Shown here: positions 59,296 through 64,000 of the stretch, piece after piece
How the letters are laid out: every line of letters begins with the position of its first letter
Position numbering within the stretch: the stretch's first letter is position 1
Assembly: GCA_009693615.1 (NCBI GenBank)
Contig: SHWX01000001.1
Location: 1,586-65,585, forward strand
Direction of reading: 5' to 3'
From: Chitinophagaceae bacterium
Lineage (GTDB): Bacteria > Bacteroidota > Bacteroidia > Chitinophagales > Chitinophagaceae
DNA length: 64,000 bases
Made by a program: the position numbers and the translations under genes
The notes under the pieces: model-generated
Told to the model about the DNA's origin: nothing
What the model saw: the letters and a program-made list of their open reading frames with translations, nothing else
The model's database searches: none

Positions 59296-60549
59296 TTATT
59301 TTAAACCGAAAGCTTTTTTCACTTTCGCTACATAATCTAATTTCTCCCAAGTAAATAATTCTACTTTCATAGTCTTTGACTTACCATCGGGTGTAGTAAA
59401 TGTTTTAGTTACTATTTCGTTCTTACGACCCATATGTCCGTAAGCAGCAGTTTCACTATACATAGGTGTTCTTAACTTTAATCTTTGCTCAATAAAGTAA
59501 GGGCGTAAATCAAAAATTGATTCTACTAACTTACCAATTTGACCATCGTTTAATTTTACTTTAGCAGTACCGTAAGTGTTTACGTTAATTGAAGTAGGTT
59601 TAGCCACTCCAATAGCGTAAGAAACTTGTACTAATACCTCACTCGCTACACCAGCAGCTACTAAGTTCTTTGCAATATGACGCGTTGCATAAGCAGCAGA
59701 ACGGTCTACCTTACTAGGATCCTTGCCAGAGAAGGCTCCACCACCGTGTGCACCTTTACCACCGTAAGTATCTACGATAATTTTACGGCCAGTTAAACCA
59801 GTGTCACCATGTGGACCACCAATTACAAACTTACCTGTTGGGTTAATATGATAAGTAATATTGTTGTTAAACAACTTAGCGTATTTCTTATACTTTGCTT
59901 TTACGCGCGGAATTAAAATTTCAACGATATCTTTTTTAATTTTCGCTAACATTTTTGCTTCTGCATCAAAATCGTCGTGTTGAGTTGATACCACAATAGC
60001 ATCAATTCTTACGGGTTCATTTTTGTCATTGTACTCAAGTGTTACTTGAGACTTTGCATCGGGACGTAAATATTTAATGGCCTTGTTCTCTCTTCTTAAG
60101 GCAGCTAATTCAATTAGAATTTTGTGCGCTAAGTCTAAAGCTAGTGGCATGTAATCGTCGGTTTCATTAGTTGCATAACCAAACATCATACCTTGGTCAC
60201 CAGCACCTTGCTCTTCTTTTTTCTTTCTATCCACCCCTTGGTTAATATCGGCAGATTGCTCATGTATTGCTGACAACACACCGCAACTATCTGCTTCAAA
60301 CATATATTCACTCTTAGTGTAACCAATTTTCTTGATTACGTTTCTTGCAATTGTTTGAACGTCTAAATAAGCTTTAGATTTTACTTCACCAGCTAAGATT
60401 ACTTGACCAGTTGTTACTAAAGTTTCACAAGCCACTTTTGACTGAGGGTCAAAGGCTAAAAAGTTATCAATTAAGGCGTCAGAGATCTGATCGGCTACTT
60501 TGTCTGGATGTCCTTCAGAAACACTTTCTGAAGTAAATAAATATGGCAT
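59296..60549 (-). CDS. metK: S-adenosylmethionine synthetase
   Basis: [39 protein letters not shown]. Confidence 0.98.
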   Translation of the reverse strand: MPYLFTSESVSEGHPDKVADQISDALIDNFLAFDPQSKVACETLVTTGQVILAGEVKSKAYLDVQTIARNVIKKIGYTKSEYMFEADSCGVLSAIHEQSADINQGVDRKKKEEQGAGDQGMMFGYATNETDDYMPLALDLAHKILIELAALRRENKAIKYLRPDAKSQVTLEYNDKNEPVRIDAIVVSTQHDDFDAEAKMLAKIKKDIVEILIPRVKAKYKKYAKLFNNNITYHINPTGKFVIGGPHGDTGLTGRKIIVDTYGGKGAHGGGAFSGKDPSKVDRSAAYATRHIAKNLVAAGVASEVLVQVSYAIGVAKPTSINVNTYGTAKVKLNDGQIGKLVESIFDLRPYFIEQRLKLRTPMYSETAAYGHMGRKNEIVTKTFTTPDGKSKTMKVELFTWEKLDYVAKVKKAFGLK

Positions 60550-60597
60550 AGATTAGTATTTAAGGTGCAAATATATTAATTAAAGTAATAAATTGAT

Positions 60598-62085
60598 CTA
60601 TAAATCGGAATAATAGATACGTACCCTCATTCTGAACTTCTTTCTACTTCCACCTCCTAAAACAACTTGTCCAGTAGCAGCTTGGTTACCAATAGCTGTG
60701 GTGAGATAATCCTGAGATGGGGCTTCTTTATTATAAGGATAAGGAGGTCTTAAAGTAATGGAGTCATTCACTGGGGCAATGATTCGAAAATCGAATAAAG
60801 AGTCTTTTCTTGAGACAACCCCTTGCACATATCTACTTATATTAAAAGTATAAGAAGCTACATTATCATAGCCATCAATAGACTTATAGATTAACTTACC
60901 TCCAAACTGCGTAAAAGAGCTGGCGTTGGTGGTACCTGCAAAATCGTTAGGTACATTGCCAAAAGTCTTTGAAACAGAATCATAGGTTCCTAGGAACAAA
61001 TACCTAGGAGGAAGAAATTGCGACTCTAAGCTACCTGTTCCAGCAGCATCGGACACTTGCTCTGCAATTAATTCAGCACGGTGTATAATTTTATTCGCAA
61101 AATTCTTTAAACCTGGTATTTTAACTTTAACCATCGTACCTGGACTGGTTTGCACATAGACCAATGAATCATTGGCTACTTTATCTATATGTTTGGCAAT
61201 TTCAGCGCCATTTCTAATACGCTTTATAAAATTCACATCTCCATTGCTATAAATACTAAACTTAAAATTAATCACTGCTGTATCTCTTGGCGCAGTTGCA
61301 TTAGAAGCAGTTGCATTGGTATTATAATAAAGTGCCAATTTAGTATTGGTATCTAGTAAATTAATTTTAAGTAATACATTTTTATTAGCGGACTCATCTG
61401 CCGTTAAAGCAAACCCAGGAAAATAAGCGCGTAAAGTAGTATCACTTCTATAAGCATTATTAGAATCAAACTCTTTTAAAAATTGAGTAGCAAAATTTTT
61501 AGACAATTTAATACGAATGGTTTTAGTAGAAGCTTCAAAACGTGTATAGAATGAATCATTTATTTTAGCAAAATCGACAGTAGTCTCGCCTAAATTTTGA
61601 TCGGTTTTAAAATTGTATAATTCAGGATAATTAGAGGCATATAATTTAAACGCATCCAAAGGTGTAGCTGCACTAATTCTTTTTAATTGCAGTTTTACAG
61701 GTTTAGTGGTATCGCCATAAAAACCTTTATAAGATAGAATTAAAATAGCAGAGTCTACGACTAAGCTATCTTTACTACCTGCAATAAAAAATGGGAAAAA
61801 ATTAGGCCTCACTTGAAAATACATAGAAGCATTCGTGGTTCCAAAAATAGGATCGTTGGTGATATTACCAAGTACGTGATCGTCTGATGCATAGACTCTC
61901 ATTGAGTCTGGTCTATCTAAGGTTTCAGTAATTACATCGAGTATGGTATCTTTTGTATTATAAGCATCCATTGAAGGAAGTAAACCCAGCCCTAATTCCG
62001 AACTGCCTATTCTAGTACAAGCCGAAAAAACCAGCGTTGAAAAAAGAGATATAATAAATATTCTTATTGTGTAATTTGATACCAT
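60598..62085 (-). CDS. DUF4270 family lipoprotein
   Basis: Lipobox VFSAC, DPIFG, DSAILIL, YTFNISRY; occupies the usual position behind the GlgA-like gene. Confidence 0.82.
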   Translation of the reverse strand: MVSNYTIRIFIISLFSTLVFSACTRIGSSELGLGLLPSMDAYNTKDTILDVITETLDRPDSMRVYASDDHVLGNITNDPIFGTTNASMYFQVRPNFFPFFIAGSKDSLVVDSAILILSYKGFYGDTTKPVKLQLKRISAATPLDAFKLYASNYPELYNFKTDQNLGETTVDFAKINDSFYTRFEASTKTIRIKLSKNFATQFLKEFDSNNAYRSDTTLRAYFPGFALTADESANKNVLLKINLLDTNTKLALYYNTNATASNATAPRDTAVINFKFSIYSNGDVNFIKRIRNGAEIAKHIDKVANDSLVYVQTSPGTMVKVKIPGLKNFANKIIHRAELIAEQVSDAAGTGSLESQFLPPRYLFLGTYDSVSKTFGNVPNDFAGTTNASSFTQFGGKLIYKSIDGYDNVASYTFNISRYVQGVVSRKDSLFDFRIIAPVNDSITLRPPYPYNKEAPSQDYLTTAIGNQAATGQVVLGGGSRKKFRMRVRIYYSDL

Positions 62086-62100
62086 GAATTTAATTTGTCT

Positions 62101-62919
62101 TTACTTAGATGCAAGTTCGTTGTATAAATCTAAATACTCTGTTAAATCGGAGTTCCATCCGTTGAAAGGAACTACTTTTTTTCCTTTAACAGCAGAAAAT
62201 TCTGATACTAATTTTTTATCAATAATATCTGATCCAAAAGTAATAGCATCAGCATAAGTAGCACCACCTCTAAATAAAGCAGCATTATTTAAATCCTTGA
62301 AGGGTTCTAAATCTTTGTCTTTAATATTGGTATTGATAATAGCCTTTGTTAATAAATCTTTATTGAACTTTTCTTCAAATGTATTTTGACCAATCGTGTA
62401 TACGATTTTAGCATTAGAGAAAACAGGCTCTTTTTTATAGGCATGTTTAATATAGGCAGGAATTAAACCAGTCATCCAACCACTGCAATGAATAATATCT
62501 GGAGGCCATCCAAATTTTTTCACTGTTTCCAAAGCACCTCTACAGAAGAAAATAGTTCTCAATGCATTATCATCAAACCATTTTTCGGTTTCGTCATGAA
62601 AAATTTGCTTACGCTTGAAAAAGTCTTCGTTTTCTAAAAAGTATACTTGTAATCGGGCATTCGGTAAAGAAGCCACTTTTATTTGTAAGGGATAGTCGTC
62701 TCCGTCTAATTGAACATTGATTCCTGAAAGTCTAACCACTTCATGTAAACGGTGTCTTCTTTCATTAATGACCCCAAAACGAGGCATAATACAACGAACT
62801 TCTAATCCACTGTCGTTACTTTTTATGGCGAGCTTATTAATTACCTCAGCAAACTCGGTCAGCTCTAAATAGGGCGACATTTCTGTGGCGATATATAAGA
62901 TTCGTTTTTTTTCAGACAT
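62101..62919 (-). CDS. Short glycogen/starch synthase-like protein (GT5 N-terminal domain only)
   Basis: MPRFGVINERRHRLHEVVRLSG, PDIIHCSGWMTGL; 272 aa, no KxGG motif. Confidence 0.85.
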   Translation of the reverse strand: MSEKKRILYIATEMSPYLELTEFAEVINKLAIKSNDSGLEVRCIMPRFGVINERRHRLHEVVRLSGINVQLDGDDYPLQIKVASLPNARLQVYFLENEDFFKRKQIFHDETEKWFDDNALRTIFFCRGALETVKKFGWPPDIIHCSGWMTGLIPAYIKHAYKKEPVFSNAKIVYTIGQNTFEEKFNKDLLTKAIINTNIKDKDLEPFKDLNNAALFRGGATYADAITFGSDIIDKKLVSEFSAVKGKKVVPFNGWNSDLTEYLDLYNELASK

Positions 62920-63076
62920 TCCTTTTGGTTTAACTCAATTCTTTGTTTGAGTGTGCGAAGGTACGTAATTGTAAGCACTTTAAGAAACAACAAAAAAGAC
63001 TAATAAATACCCTCTCCCCCCTCCATTTGTAGACATTTGGTTGTAAATTGCAGGGGATTGTTTAATACCATAACCA

Positions 63077-64000
63077 ATGAGTAAATTCTTAAAAATAGCC
63101 TTCTTCTTTTTCATAGGCATTTTATTGATTTGGTGGAGTTTACACCAGATTCCCCCACAAGAATGGGACAAATTTACCATTGCCTTACAAAAGTCAAAAT
63201 TCTGGTTCATTTTACCTGTTGGACTCATACTTTCACTCTCTCATTTAGTGCGTGCTTTAAGATGGCGTTTGATTATGGAACCCTTAGGATACAAGCCCTC
63301 CATTATTAATACATTTTTAGCGGTTTTAATTGGCTATTTGGCTAACCTGGCCGTTCCAAGATTAGGAGAGGTTTTAAAGTGCACCCTACTATCTAAATAC
63401 GAGAAAGTGCCAGCTGAAAAAATAGTAGGTACTATTGTAGCCGAAAGGGCCTTTGATGTGATTAGTTTAGGTATTGTATTTCTACTCGCGCTCACGCTTC
63501 AATTCAGTGTGGTGGAAGCAGGTTGGAATCAATTTAAATCCTATGGAAAAGCGGCAGGTGATGCAAGCAGCAACAACCAAAATACTTATATCATTATAGC
63601 GGTAGTTTTATTAGCGAGCATCGCAGCGTTTTGGTTTTTTAAATCAAAAATGCAAAATGCAATACTTACTATTAAAAAAATAATTGCAGGTATTTGGGAA
63701 GGCGTGATGAGTGCAACTAAATTAAAAAAACATAATTTATTTTTCTTCTACTCTTTTGCTATTTGGTTTTTATATTTATTAGCCACCTATGTGGGCTTGT
63801 ATGCAACAGAGGGTACTGAAAGTTCTTTTCAAACTGCCATTAGCTGTTTAGCCTTTGCAAGTATTGGTATGATCATTACACCAGGTGGTATTGGCGCTTA
63901 TGCTTATTTTATGGCAAAAGTTTTAGAATTAAACGGAGTGGATTATACTTTAGGACTAGCCAATGGCACTTTGCAATGGTTTTCACAATTCATTATTGTT
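63077..64000 (+). CDS. Lysylphosphatidylglycerol synthase TM (flippase-like, YbhN/UPF0104) protein, 3' end truncated
   Basis: Not in ORF track. Manual translation MSKFLKIAFFFFIGILLIWW...SHLVRALRW...GYLANLAVPRLGEVLKC...GTIVAERAFD...TPGGIG, open to the window end. Confidence 0.9.
   Translation, partial: MSKFLKIAFFFFIGILLIWWSLHQIPPQEWDKFTIALQKSKFWFILPVGLILSLSHLVRALRWRLIMEPLGYKPSIINTFLAVLIGYLANLAVPRLGEVLKCTLLSKYEKVPAEKIVGTIVAERAFDVISLGIVFLLALTLQFSVVEAGWNQFKSYGKAAGDASSNNQNTYIIIAVVLLASIAAFWFFKSKMQNAILTIKKIIAGIWEGVMSATKLKKHNLFFFYSFAIWFLYLLATYVGLYATEGTESSFQTAISCLAFASIGMIITPGGIGAYAYFMAKVLELNGVDYTLGLANGTLQWFSQFIIV

Noticed and set aside
60550-60597. Expected SAM riboswitch upstream of metK (and cobalamin riboswitch before DUF6580 or the TonB receptor)
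   Set aside because: The leaders are too short: the metK -7 element at 60568-60575 is 18 nt from the ATG, and no aptamer motifs are visible.
62980-63228. 82-aa minus-strand ORF in the track
   Set aside because: It is antisense to the real plus-strand flippase-like CDS starting at 63077.
1-64000. CRISPR arrays, IS/transposase, reverse transcriptase, phage or restriction/defence genes, frameshifted core genes
   Set aside because: None seen: no regularly spaced repeats, and all long ORFs are intact and assignable to core families.

Overview
AT-rich, densely coding chromosomal segment of a Bacteroidota bacterium. Gene content and order, TAnnTTTG -7 promoter elements and no obvious Shine-Dalgarno motifs suggest a small-genome Chitinophagaceae/Sediminibacterium-like organism (inference). 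It is almost all housekeeping: dnaK (partial), argS, rnhA, manA, xerD, tRNA-Leu(GAG), dcd, rpmF-plsX, fbaA, accD, smpB, smc, purM, ribF, holA, an MFS sugar permease plus ROK kinase, lipA, fdx-iscX-kdsC, topA, lepB, pdhB, a TonB-dependent receptor, purC, trhO, rlmB and metK. I see no prophage, IS element, CRISPR array or defence island. The notable signals are non-coding or degraded. (1) Two long imperfect hairpins (about 100 and 182 bp) between convergent genes have unrelated arms but the same apex, TGAGCGAAGCGA. (2) An unannotated 40-codon remnant of canonical glycogen synthase lies in the only long low-coding gap. (3) Pantothenate genes appear to be missing at two loci where they usually occur. 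(4) There is a sigma54-like element upstream of dnaK, a LacI-type operator before the sugar permease, and several probably leaderless genes. No clearly novel multi-gene system is supported by the sequence.
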